A stretch of 64,000 nt of DNA from Phoronis australis. Lineage: Eukaryota; Animalia; Phoronida. Shown here piece by piece: positions 40,595-53,036 of this stretch. The number at the start of each line of letters is the position of its first letter. Position 1 is the stretch's first letter. The position numbers and the translations under genes are program-made. Under the pieces are notes generated by a model, which worked only from the letters and a program-made list of their open reading frames with translations, was not told the DNA's origin and ran no database searches. The stretch is from NCBI GenBank assembly GCA_002633005.1, contig NMRA01000077.1:837377-901376 (forward strand), given 5' to 3'.

Positions 40595-40848
40595 AGGGTA
40601 CCGTTCCAACAAAATTGACTTAGCTAAATAAAGGCAAATCTTAAATTTTGTAAATTTTAAAATAAAAGTTAAATTTATCTCAAGACCAAGAAAGAGATCT
40701 TAAGTTTGCCTTAAGTGCTTGACATAAGTTTTGTCTTCATTTTGACTTATTTTACCAAATGTGGAAGTTTCAAAGTTTGGAAGTTAAGACAAATCTTAAA
40801 CTTAAGTCAAAAATGAACTGAAGTCATTTTCTTGGAACAGGTCCCCAG
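40595..40848. mobile_element. MITE (PIF/Harbinger-like ends)
   Basis: Imperfect TIRs gggtaccgttccaacaaaattgactta ... gaagtcattttcttggaacaggtcccc. Confidence 0.55.
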
Positions 40849-42888
40849 CTCTACAAGTTGGCTTGTTATGGTGACATTTTAGGTGCCAAATATATACATG
40901 CGCGCACCCAGGGGGAGCACAAGGGGCTCGAATGAGCCCCCCCATTTGGCGAAGTGGGCAAAAAGGTCCGCTTCAGAGAAAACGAGACAGAAGTCCACTA
41001 AAAAGGCGCAGACGCTTAGTGAAGGTGGTACCCCGTTCTTTTTAGTCCTCCCGCTTTTTGTCAGCAAAAGGTCCACATCACCAGAAATTCGGGCCCCCCA
41101 TATTAAAAGGCTGTTCATTCTTTGCAAATCCTGAAATCTCTTCACATTTGAGTATGGAGTAATTGTATAGCTTAGCAGTAAGTGGTCAAAATCAAAAGTT
41201 CATTTCTTAGAGATTACTGGTTTGTAACCACATAAAGGGGAAAGGGGAATGTTTTTGGTTTTTGTTTTCACTAAAATATACAAACCTCTGGATATCCAAG
41301 AGCCACTGCACAAAATAAAGCAAAAACCTGAGCTGTCTGCCTCAAATGAACATTTTGCTGACAATGGTCACTGGACTAAGATTTGTACTTACAGCAAAGA
41401 CAAAACCAAAAACGCAAGGTGAAAATACAATGACTGGAGTCGCGCGTCAATTTGGCCCACATGGTCTGGAATGGTAGAGAAGCTGACTTAAAGCTTCAAT
41501 TAGCCTGTGCAACTAGAGAATGTATGGACGGTACTAAAATGGGTAGGGTTTTTGTCAACTTTGGTAATGAAATGGGTTTGGTTTTTGAAACGAGTCATGT
41601 TTTTGAATCTGATTTTGAAATGGGCGTATATTTCAAGTTTTGGTATTGATAAGGGTGCCTTTAGCATGATTCGTGGGTGTCGAAATGGGTCTACTTTGTG
41701 ACGTGGAGGAGGACCTGCACCCGATTTTTATGAAGAACCCCTGGAGCTATAAGCCTGCTTTCTGTCACGAAAACAAGCTTTTGTCTAGTGGTTATTGGCA
41801 GAAACAATGCTCAACACATACAAGGCACTCACAACCAATGTCCCTCACTGAAGGTCTTGCAAACAGACCAGTATTTCCCAAGTTTTGGATTGGTAAAATT
41901 CAGGAAAATATGGCGAAATACAAATGACATACACTGCAGCACGCAAAAATTCTGGAACTTCAGTCAAATTACAAAATGATATTCACTGCAGCACTTCATG
42001 AGTGTGCTTAGTTTAAGTTTGGTTGAAATACCTTTTGAAATGTAGCAATTATAGAAAGGAAACACAATATGACAAGTAAAAGCAAATTTTTTGTCGTTCT
42101 TAGCAGAGTTTGCAATGAGAGATTTTGGACATCATTCTTGTGAAAAACTGAAGAGGCTTATCAGTGGCAATGCAAGGCCTCCATGAAACACCATATAATG
42201 CCTCAAGTAGAACCCATAGACTGAACTAACATGAAACCAGTTGTCTATTAGAAACATGGTATCACTGTGAAATGGGAATCACTTACAACTGGAATGGTTA
42301 ACTTTTTAACAAACGAAAACATCTGCAAATTAACACACTATTTAACACACAATAGCGAGATCACTCACTGTTTCTGTATGAAACGGAACAAAAATTTCAA
42401 AATTCAAAGAAAGTTAAAATTCAAGGAGTAAATACAAATTAACAAAACATGACAATTAGCACCCTCTTGATCTTTATCTCATAATTTCTTTCAATGTAGG
42501 GTTTAACAGATTATAAATAACTCTTTAGGCCCTTAACTTTGACAAGTTCACGTTTTGGAAGTTGCAGTCAGTATTAATGGTTGATGTTGGTCCTGGATGC
42601 CAGTTAATAGTGCCAGTTGCCACAGCAAAAAGTTAGATTTAACAGCAGAGCGTCCATGCTTTGGCACAGTATAAACAGTCCACTTCTGTTTCATCTAAGT
42701 TATAAGCAGTGCTATCATGATAACTTCGATGACAGCATCACCTACTGTTCATTTTCATATCCGTTAACTAATGAAGACAGTATGAACAGTTCAAATGACT
42801 TCGCAGTTTACATCGATGCTGTTGTCATACTACAGGTTAGTAAATCCCAAACACAGAAACCCTACCTTCACTTCATTAATTTACAGCG

Positions 42889-43906
42889 AGCACATATTAA
42901 CATCACGCACATATTAACATCACGCACATATTAACATCACGCACATATTAACATCACGCACATATTAACATCACGCACATATTAACATCACGCACATATT
43001 AACATCACGCACATATTAACATCACGCANNNNNNNNNNNNNNNNNNNNNNNNNNNNNNNNNNNNNNNNNNNNNNNNNNNNNNNNNNNNNNNNNNNNNNNN
43101 NNNNNNNNNNNNNNNNTTAACATCACGCACACGTTAACATCACGCACACGTTAACATCACGCACACGTTAACATCACGCACACGTTAACATCACGCACAC
43201 GTTAACATCACGCACACGTTAACATCACGCACACGTTAACATCACGCACACGTTAACATCACGCACACGTTAACATCACGCACACGTTAACATCACGCAC
43301 ACGTTAACATCACGCACACGTTAACATCACGCACACGTTAACATCACGCACACGTTAACATCACGCACACGTTAACATCACGCACACGTTAACATCACGC
43401 ACACGTTAACATCACGCACACGTTAACATCACGCACACGTTAACATCACGCACACGTTAACATCACGCACACGTTAACATCACGCACACGTTAACATCAC
43501 GCACACGTTAACATCACGCACACGTTAACATCACGCACACGTTAACATCACGCACACGTTAACATCACGCACACGTTAACATCACGCACACGTTAACATC
43601 ACGCACACGTTAACATCACGCACACGTTAACATCACGCACACGTTAACATCACGCACACGTTAACATCACGCACACGTTAACATCACGCACACGTTAACA
43701 TCACGCACACGTTAACATCACGCACACGTTAACATCACGCACACGTTAACATCACGCACACGTTAACATCACGCACACGTTAACATCACGCACACGTTAA
43801 CATCACGCACACGTTAACATCACGCACACGTTAACATCACGCACACGTTAACATCACGCACACGTTAACATCACGCACACTTTAACATCACGCACATATT
43901 AACATC
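42889..43906. repeat. 17-bp minisatellite spanning an assembly gap
   Basis: (ttaacatcacgcacata)n left of the gap and (ttaacatcacgcacacg)n right of it. Confidence 0.97.
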
Positions 43907-44835
43907 ATGCTCAATGCTCGACTGAATAATCAGTTTGTATTTCTTCAGTTTTGATTAACCAAACAAACTAATTTGTGAACAAACAATAACAGTAATCTTC
44001 TAAACACCAATAATTTAATTGTTCCAATATACAAAAGGTAATTCTACTTAAAGCAACTATAGATCCAACTACCATTACAATAAATAACTTTTTATTTAGA
44101 CCAGTGACTGCAATGAAATTGGTCTCAAATTTGTCGTTAGCCCAATTGGATGTGATTTAAGGGCTTCAAAACAACTGAGAGTTCAGGTCATCACTTCCTG
44201 AGTCCAGAGATAACTTCTAAACTGAGTAAGGAACAAGACAAAAACTTCACAATAGGTGGCCTAAATCAAAACTTGGGATTTTTAATGTCACCTTTGAAAT
44301 TTGAAAATACGGTACTTATTAACAACCGTTTTGGATAGCATACAATACTCAAATTATCAGAAGACCAGCTGTTCTGACCTGCTGTATAGGTATGAATTAT
44401 TGTTTTTGACAGCATCATATGTAAATTGTCAGATTTTTGTGCTCTTTCAAGGGACTGTTAACAACAATTAAATTGTAAGAACTAAAAAGAAAGTTACCTT
44501 AGCTAATACTTAAGGTATCCAAACAGAGACAAAGGATGTACATGTAAGTTGGTATATACAACAGAAAGGTAAAGGCAGTCATTTGTGTCCCCCCACCATA
44601 CCCAAGATGTGCCGCTAGGATGTTCAACCAATAACATGATGCTAACATTATTATGTAGATAGTAATTGTACACTTTATTACTCAGAATATTAATATGTTA
44701 CAACATGACTAGTCTCACAATTACTCAGGAGGTTGTCTCAATCGGCCGCAGGTGCAAACTTCAATAATATGTCTTTGAGGACTGGAAACTTCTTCACAAG
44801 TTCTTCAATGTTTGCCACCCGTGCGTCTGTAGCGT

Positions 44836-44932
44836 CATAACCTGACAAAATAAACATAACCTGACAAAATAAACATAACCTGACAAAATAAACATAACCT
44901 GACAAAATAAACATAACCTGACAAAATAAACA
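44836..44932. repeat. 19-bp tandem repeat, 5 copies
   Basis: (cataacctgacaaaataaa)n. Confidence 0.95.
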
Positions 44933-45675
44933 TTAAAATTCCTTAATGTAGTGCACAAAATCATTAAAGCATCATAAAAGACCATTCCAGAGTAGGCAGG
45001 ACACCTACCCTGACCAGATGCCGATGGCATTGAGATAATATTTGCCTTATGTTTGTTTTCATCTTTTTGCTTACTCTAATCAGGGATAACAGTGTGTCCT
45101 CTGTACAGTCCCTAACACAGCATCATGGCCATTCTGTATTACATGGTGTTAATATGAAAAGGTGCTAGTCTTTATTATCATCCAAGCGGAATGAGGACAA
45201 CAAGCTGTGCATGAGGACATTCACAGGAGAACGGTTTCATGTATCTACCTGAATGCAGGCATTTACATACTAAGTACAACTTTCAACAGGCTCAAATGGA
45301 AATGAGCTCAGGTCATAGCTCATGTCTGTGGCAAACACAAACAACTTGTTGGAATTCTTCTATGTGGTGACGGAAAATCCTCGCAGTAAGCGGATGACAT
45401 GAGTTAAGTTCTTACACAATTCCCTATGGTAGCCAAAGAAAATTAATTGTTGCAACACCTGACAACACATGTCTCTCATGTAAACATGTGTACCACAATT
45501 ACACTGTTTATTGCAAATGTAGTCCGCAGGTCAGTGATCAGTTTGCTTCGCTGTCAGTGTCCTATGTTGAGCAATGAATATAGGTAGACAGCTTATGTTG
45601 TAGCTTTTTTTCTGTGATTGCCTTAGTGAATTTGAAGTTTTTCATTCCTGAACCCAATTTCACAATCAGTCCCTA

Positions 45676-45871
45676 TGCTACTACAATACTGACGATTCAA
45701 TTAAAACCTAATTTTAAAATACAGTCCGAAAAGATTTTTGCCCCCGACTGGGACTCGAGTCCAGGACCTTTTGCTAACTGTGCAGATGCTCTAGCCACTG
45801 AGCCATCGGGACCATTGGTCAATTGTAGAAATCCAATCAGACTTAGTAGTGGGCATCTTACCCTTACCACA
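45676..45871 (-). mobile_element. tRNA-derived element (SINE head or solo tRNA-bearing LTR)
   Basis: Minus strand ggtcccgaTGGCTCAGTGGctagagca...cctGGACTCGAGTCCcagtcggggg at ~45740-45813; no clean cloverleaf or CCA. Confidence 0.6.
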
Positions 45872-46175
45872 CTTTCTTCATTAGGTCACGTGATGTGACC
45901 AAAAAGAGGGCATGCTGACAGGACAAATTGTTAGCGTCGTAATATGTTCTTGTTCACATCCTGCATTGTCCACTATTTTTCTGGGACTTTACCACTGAAC
46001 TGATTCACCAAATAACATTGAGTGATAACAGCACAGATGCTTTAAGTAAATGAATACTAGTTTCATTCACAACAGTCACAATTCTTCAAATGTTTGTAGG
46101 TACATAATTGAAAAACTGATTCGTCACAAAGATTGATAAATAACTGTGACAAATGCATGAAAAGAATTGTCACTG

Positions 46176-46403
46176 CTAACTGAAGTATTCATTTACCATT
46201 ACTTCAATATCACTAAATGATGCAGCCTCACCAGGTACAACAAATGCTGACGTCAAGGCATATGAACTGAGTGCCTTGTTTGCAAGCTCATTGGCCATCC
46301 AGGTATAACGAGGTATAGTCACTTGTGGCAAAGCACCCTCATGGTCAACTGGACTGCCTAGAAGTTGACACTTGTAATTGCCTGTCTGAGTTATGGTATG
46401 AAC
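46176..46403 (-). CDS. DUF985/Cupin_5 family protein, terminal exon
   Basis: VHTITQTG...LLGS...GALPQVTIPRYTWMA...YALTSAFVVPG...FSDIE matches the LG...PQxVVPxGxWFA...YALVSCxVAPGFxFxDFE pattern. Confidence 0.8.
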   Translation of the reverse strand, partial: VHTITQTGNYKCQLLGSPVDHEGALPQVTIPRYTWMANELANKALSSYALTSAFVVPGEAASFSDIEVMVNEYFS

Positions 46404-46909
46404 CTGCAAGTCAAAGGTTAAAATGCTTTCATTAGTAATGAGAAATCTCCACAGTACCAATATGAAACACATTGTCTAAGAACAGAAAAATTCTCTAATT
46501 TTTGCAGCTAAAAACAAAATTACGAACTATCACACAAAAATGGAATACTTTTAAAAAGAAATTTGCTTTTCTGTCAACAAAAATTGCAAAATTTTCGCCT
46601 CTTGCTGATAAGCTTTCACGACCACAATCTAGAAACTGTCCCTAGACAGAGAATATTTTACCTCAAAACACAAACAATAATCAGTAATAATTCAGTAATA
46701 ATAATCAGTAACAATAACAGTAATATAATTGCCGGAAGTAGGCTGACACTAGTTTCAGTTTAACAAATTTTATTTCATTGTTCTGTTAGTGTACTAGCAC
46801 ATAGCACTTGATTGACATGACCCATGAGGTCAGGCCAGAGGTGATGTGATTTGTTTACAATAGAAAAGGGAACAAAAGCATGAAAATTTTGAGACATCTA
46901 GTTGAGAAA

Positions 46910-47810
46910 ACAGATCAAGTTTGAGTCTAATACTGGAAAAAAAACTTACAAAAATTAGCGACGTTGCGTCCGCAACTCACGGACTTCAGCTCGGCTTGTG
47001 ACGTTATCGTTATTCTGGCCAATTGGTGGCGTTTTGGCCAAACGGTGCGGCATTGACGTCAGTACACCATCCCATACGTATGACAAATCGAATCTTAAAC
47101 AGCCTCTTTTATTTAAAGACGGACTCTCAATGCCCTGATGGAGAGCTTCTTTTACACCCCTTTTTAACCAGTCTTCCTCACAGTCTAGGATAGTGACATC
47201 ATCGGTATTGAAATCATGTCTAGTGACGCACAGGTGGCTAAAAATAGCCGAATCATAAGTGCACTTATAACTATGACGACGATGTTGTGACATACGCATT
47301 TTAATGGACTGTTTTGTTTCACCAATCTAACTGTCTGAGCACTGGCGATCCTTACACTGGACACCATAGACAACACATAATTTATTAACCTTGGGGGTCT
47401 TGTCCTTGACATTAACCAGTTAACTGGTTAACGTCACAACATCGTCGTCCTAGTTATGGGGACACTTATGATTCGGCTATTTTTAGCCACCTGTGCGCCA
47501 CTGGACATGATTTCAATACCGATGATGTCACTATCCTAGACTGTGAGGAAGACTGGTTCCAAAGGGGTGTAAAAGAAGCTCTCCATGAGCGCATTGAGAG
47601 TCCGTCTTTAAATAAAAGAGGCTGTTTAAGATTCGATTTGTCATACATATGGGATGGTGTACTGATGTTAGTGCCGCGCTGTTTAGCCAAAACGCCACCA
47701 ATTGGCCAGCATAACGATAACGTCACAAGCCAAGCTGAAGTTTGTGAGATGCGGACGCAATGTTGCTAATTTTGTAAGTTTTTATTCCAGTATTAGACAA
47801 AAAATTGATC
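46910..47810. mobile_element. Penelope-like element as an inverted pair (46910-47415 minus, 47465-47810 plus)
   Basis: VVYGVQC...*IGETKQSIKMRMSQHRR...SAIFSHL...VTILDCEEDWLKRGVKEALH...PSLNK: GIY-YIG endonuclease. Confidence 0.88.
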
Positions 47811-48344
47811 AGAAAAGGGAACACTTCAGAAGATTCCAGTATGTCAATGATTAATATAGTCTTGAACATTCTGGAGCCTAGTATATGTCTGTACAATATT
47901 GGGTAGATTCTGGACAGTTTTAGGATATGTTTGAATTGGTGAAAAGTTACGTAACATATTGTAAGAGACTACAAAAACCAGGCACAGGTTACTTAAGTTG
48001 AAATTTAGTTAAAGTGAGTTACAGTTGAGTTGCAGTGAAGAGAATCAGCAGACACAGTGTTAGTCAAAAGACAGTCTGCTATAGTGACAGTCGGTTATTG
48101 AATCAACCAGTGTAACAGTTGCAGGAAGTGTCTCAAAAATTCATCACAAGTCAAGGCTTTGCAGCACTGGCTGAAGCATAGAACAGACATGACATCGGAT
48201 GTTTTGTTTGAGTAGACCTGTGAACGTATGGTCGAGATTAATTAAGTGATTAACTCAAACCAATCTTCAGTCTATTGTCGCACCAAAAGCTATTAGCACC
48301 AATCAGTAACAACCTGCGTCCACCCACCCACGGGAAAACATGAC

Positions 48345-48382
<38 letters not shown>

Positions 48383-48453
48383 ACAAACGAATAATAATAA
48401 TAATGAACAAAATAATAATAATAATAATATACTACTAATAATAATAATCATAA
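48345..48453. repeat. (AAT)n microsatellite
   Basis: Directly visible. Confidence 0.95.
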
Positions 48454-48779
48454 TGTATTACAGCGACCATAAAACTGCTTTCTGGCCAAGAAGCAAACAA
48501 CTAATTGCTATAATACTGGTCTCAGGTTGTTGCTTAATCAAATGGGAATAGATTTCTGGGTTAGTTATTTCTTGAAACGATGCTCAGTGCAATCATAATG
48601 AGGCGATTTGAAAAGTCTGGTCTCCAGCGATACTGAACCATAAACTCTCTCAAAGCTCTGAAACCATCTCCCTTTGCTAACTAAACAAAAATTCCAAGAC
48701 CCGGTAAGTGGTCTAAATCAAAAGATGGCTTTCAAGATGGAATGGGAGTTTATTGTTGTTTAATTAATAACAAGTGGAA

Positions 48780-51700
48780 CACTGGGGCATTGTAAACGTC
48801 TGTTTCTAGGTGCTGCAGTAGTCGAATCAGCCAGAAAATCAAATCATGCCAGCACATTGTCATTATATACCTCTGAGTCAAGTCTCAAGAATAAAATTAT
48901 ATAAAAAAGTCTCATTAAAATTTGTCATCCAGTTCTGATTTGAAAATGCTCTTCTGGCAAACAACATTTGGAAAGCCCCTTGTTATGATGTTTCGTGTTT
49001 GAATCCATCCAAAGACGAATGGCTTAGCACACTGACATCACATATGTCTGTGTCAAGTTTCCTTGAAGTCCGTCAATCGGCTCTCTAGATATCATTCGGA
49101 ATCGCTCTTCCCTCATAACAACACTTCACTGTCTCCTCAACCCCTTATTAAGAACAAAATGGCCACTACGAGGTGCAGTACAAGTCAAATCATTCGGAAA
49201 ATTTAATAGTGCCGCCACACTAATATCACATACTTATAGGTTTCGTTGAAATCCATGTAGATATCACGATGAAATGCTCTTCACCCTAACAACACTTCAA
49301 AAGCCCCTTCCCAAGAACAAAATGACCACAAGGAAGCGCATTGATGTCATATACCTCTGTGTAAAATTTTACTGAAATCCGTCAATCAGTTCTGTATATC
49401 TATCCTGAAACTCTATTCCCAAAATGGGCACTCGAAAATACTGCAGTGGCCAAATTTGTCCGAAAATCAAATGCTGTTGGTGCATTTTCATCACATACCT
49501 CTGTATTAAGTTTCTGTCTATTGGTTCTCTAGACATCATTCAGAAACAGCCTTCTCAAAAATGGCCACAAGGTTCTGGAGTGGTCGAATCGACCCAAAAC
49601 TTTAATAGTGCCGGCACACTGACATCACATACCTCTGCATCAAGTTTCACTGTCAATGTGGCCTTTAACATTGAATGGTAAACATCTTGATCTTGTAGAT
49701 AAGGCAACTTATCTAGGTGTCATTTTACACCATCGTCTTTCCTGGACCCCGCATATTACAGAAAAAATCTCAAAAGCCAAAACTGCACTGGTGAGATGCA
49801 GTCGTGCAGTGGGTAAAACTTGGGGAATGTCTCCTAAGAGTAAGTTCTGGAGTTATACAGCTGTTATGCTACTTATAATGTCCTATGCTGCGTCAGTATG
49901 GATAACAGCATTAAAACAGATTACAATTATCAACAAACTTAATCAGCTACGTCTACCTTGTTTATGCATAACCTCTGCTTTTCCAGGAACGCCTTCTGCA
50001 GCCCTAGAAAAGCTAATCGGTCTACCATCACTGTTACCGTCGTCCATTGTCAACTTTATATAAATACACTAATTTGCTAAATTTAATGAAGATGGTAGAC
50101 AAGGCGACTTATCTAGGTGTCATTTTACACCATCGTCTTTCCTGGAGCCTGCATATTACTGAAAAAATCTCGAAAGCCAAATCTGCTCTGGTGAAATGCA
50201 GTCGTGCAGTGGGTAAAACTTGGGGAATGTCTCCCAAGAACATGTTCTGGATTTATATTGCTATTATTCGACCTATAATGTCTTATGCTGCATCAGTATG
50301 GACAAGAGTGTAAAAACATTACAATAAGGAACAAACTTGATCATCTGGAACGTCTAGCTTGTTTGTGCATTACCTCTGCTTTTCCAGGAACAACTTCTAC
50401 AGCCCTAGAAATGCTAATTGGTCTACCACCACTGTACATATACCTTGAGGGTGAGGCTGCATGTGCTGCACTTCATTTCACATATAATGGTCAATGGGTG
50501 AAAACTCACATCCCTGTTTCCGTTTCACACAGAAGCCACAGGAATGTTTGCAATAAGCTAATGGCCAAAACTGGGCAGCTATGGAACATGCCTAGTGATG
50601 TCCAGATCACAACTTTAAATCATTTCTTCACGGAAATTGGTGATGGATGGTCTACCGAAGAACACAAGAATGAGGTGGTTTGTTATAAAGGATGGCTCTA
50701 AACTGGAAAATGGCCAGACAGGTTCTGGAGTATTTTCCAAGCCTTCCTGTTGCAGATGCAGAAAGCTGGGTATTGCTAGGCAATCTTGCCACGGTGTTTC
50801 AGGCCGAGTTCACTGCAATTAATAGAGCTGCTCAACTGGCACAACAATATAACACTGAACTTGGCAATCGGCCAATTACCATCTTTTCAGAAAGCCAAGC
50901 ATCAATAAAAGCTCTAAAGAAACCAAGGGTCAACTCTCGTTATGTTAATGCTTGTCTTAGTGAGCTTAACAAGCTTGCAATTGGAAGAACCGTCAATATG
51001 CACTGGGTCAGGGCCCATGTGGGAATTGACGGCAATGAGAATGAAGACAGACTTGCCAAGATAGGAGCAAGCATTCTGCATTGTGTGCCAAGGAGACCAA
51101 GGAGAATTTTCCCAACGTGATCAAACCAAAAGATTCAAAAAAACTTTTTGAATCTAGATGGATTGGGCATAAGACACGTCATTTAAATTTTGATGGGCCA
51201 CCATAACCTAGCCCGACGTCAATATCACACTCCTGACACACTGGGCATATGGGGAGCCCAGTGTGTCCAGAGTGTGGTACTGACGTAGAATCCCCTAAAC
51301 ATCTGGTAGAGTCTTGCCCAGCTTTTTATAGGCTAAGGAGCAACCTACTGGGTGACACTGTTACATGCCTATAAAATATAGTGCATGGCAACAAATGGAC
51401 ATGTCTGTCCGTTTTCTTGAAGGAGACTGGCAGACTTCGTTCATGAAGAACCATAATGGGGATCTCGTGCTTTAGCTCAGGTGTTTTGTGCAATGGACCC
51501 AACCATGAGGCCTGCGCTTGTCTGATGCACAGCAAATGACATCAGGCCAACTGCACTATTTTTTTCATTGAAAACCGTCATTCTGATCTCTATATACCAT
51601 CTGGAAACGCTCTTCAGTGAAATGGTCACAAGGAGGTGCTGCAGTGGTCGTGTTTACCTGAAAATCAAATGGTGTCTGCCCATTGTCATCATAAACCTCA

Positions 51701-52115
51701 GTGTCATTCCTTCTGTCAAAATTTGTCTGTCGGTTCTCTAGATATCATCTGTAAATAGTCTTCCCCCAAACAACTCTTAAAGAGCCCCTTGTTAAAAACA
51801 AAATGGTCACTAGGAGGTGCCACAGTAGTCAAATCTGCCGAAAATATAATGTTTCTGGTGCATTGATATCAGATGCCTCTGTGTCAAGTTTCATTCAAAT
51901 CTGTTAATCCGTAATCACTCTTTCCCAAAAATACTGAAGCCATCCCCCCTGACCCCAGGGAGCAGGGCACATTGAAAAGTAGCACGAACTGTTCTGGTGA
52001 TGTCCTACACCCTTGTGCCAAATTAAGTCAAATTCCGACCACGAGTTTTCGTGAAATCAAGCGGACACCCGGACAAAATGACAATAATATGCTACCACAT
52101 AATGGAGCCAATAAG
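48780..52115 (-). mobile_element. Diverged HINE-like element split by a LINE fragment
   Basis: Subunits aaaatggccac..g.ggtgc...gtagtc on both sides of 49650-51530; cggacacccggac tract and hairpin end near 52060-52115. Confidence 0.5.
49650..51530 (+). mobile_element. Non-LTR retrotransposon 3' fragment (RT C-terminus, RNase H, CCHC), R1/Loa-like, degenerate
   Basis: YLGVIL...W..HI...GKTWGMSPK...RPIMSYAASVW; DGSK, TVFQAE, IFSESQA, WVRAHVGIDGNENEDRLAK; CPECG...HLVESCP. Internal duplication 49695-50030 / 50095-50432. Confidence 0.88.
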
Positions 52116-52127
52116 TCGAATAATTAC

Positions 52128-52362
52128 CTTCACACACTCACCCTCGTGGTGAAGTAGTATCTCATCATGGCCCACATGCATCTGCCATGTTGTATACCCA
52201 GCACCTTGGAGCATAAAGTAAATAGCAGTTGCTGCAGTCAGGAAACGGTTGGGGAATGCACCTTTTGGTAGAAATATGTCATCATAGTCAGCAGAGTCAA
52301 CAGATGCCCTCTTGGCACTTGAGTGATACCTCTTGATATTGACTGCAACAGCATCTTCACAA
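52128..52362 (-). CDS. DUF985/Cupin_5 protein, exon 2
   Basis: ...AATAIYFML...HDEILLHHEGECVK (TAIYFLL...DEIWHF.xG motif); tttgttgcag acceptor and AAG/gtaatt donor keep the frame. Confidence 0.8.
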
Positions 52363-52941
52363 CTGCAACAAACCATCTCTAACATTTCCTCATTGATGAT
52401 AGGGAGTATATTTTGTTCATTTTCTTTAAGACATGTTTTGTTTTAATTGAAAACCACTCAACTTTGGACAATTACTGGACAAACTCACACCTAATGAAAG
52501 ATCTGACTGTCACCAATTGAAGGGACTGTCTATTAAAGCCATTAAGAGCAAATGGAACACTGTTTTAACAATATAATGATTACAGAAAATCTATATTTTG
52601 TTCCCTGTAATGAATCCAACATTTCAAAAAATAAAAGTGTGACCAAGAAGTCTGCAAGTATCTTACGACAATTTTTAATTCCCACAGGAGATGTTGGTAA
52701 AATACGAACCACCTACTCGGGCCAGTATTTTACCTTCTGTGTCAGATAATGCTTGCCTTCTCAGTCACACGTTTTGTCTTCTCAGCCCAATGTTTTGTGT
52801 AGGTTACAACAATTAAGTCAACACTGATTTTAACAAATCCATAAACTTATCTATATACTACCAAAAAATAGAAGTATGCTACAGTATTCAATCACAGATT
52901 TTTTCTTGTTATAATAATGAATTTCACAAAGTTTAACTTAC

Positions 52942-53036
52942 GTATAAGTTTCTTTGAAACACCCAGCACTACATGACGGTCCCTCATGCTGCCTCAAGTT
53001 CAACAGCTCCTTTAGTTTTTCAGCTCTTTCTGACAT
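52942..53036 (-). CDS. DUF985/Cupin_5 protein, first coding exon
   Basis: MSERAEKLKELLNLRQHEG...GCFKETY resembles LIxxLxLxxHPEGGYFRETY; AC/gtaagt donor. Confidence 0.8.

Noticed and set aside
52733-52760. Possible extra cupin micro-exon
   Set aside because: It has no polypyrimidine tract, and the exons at 52942 and 52362 already join in phase.
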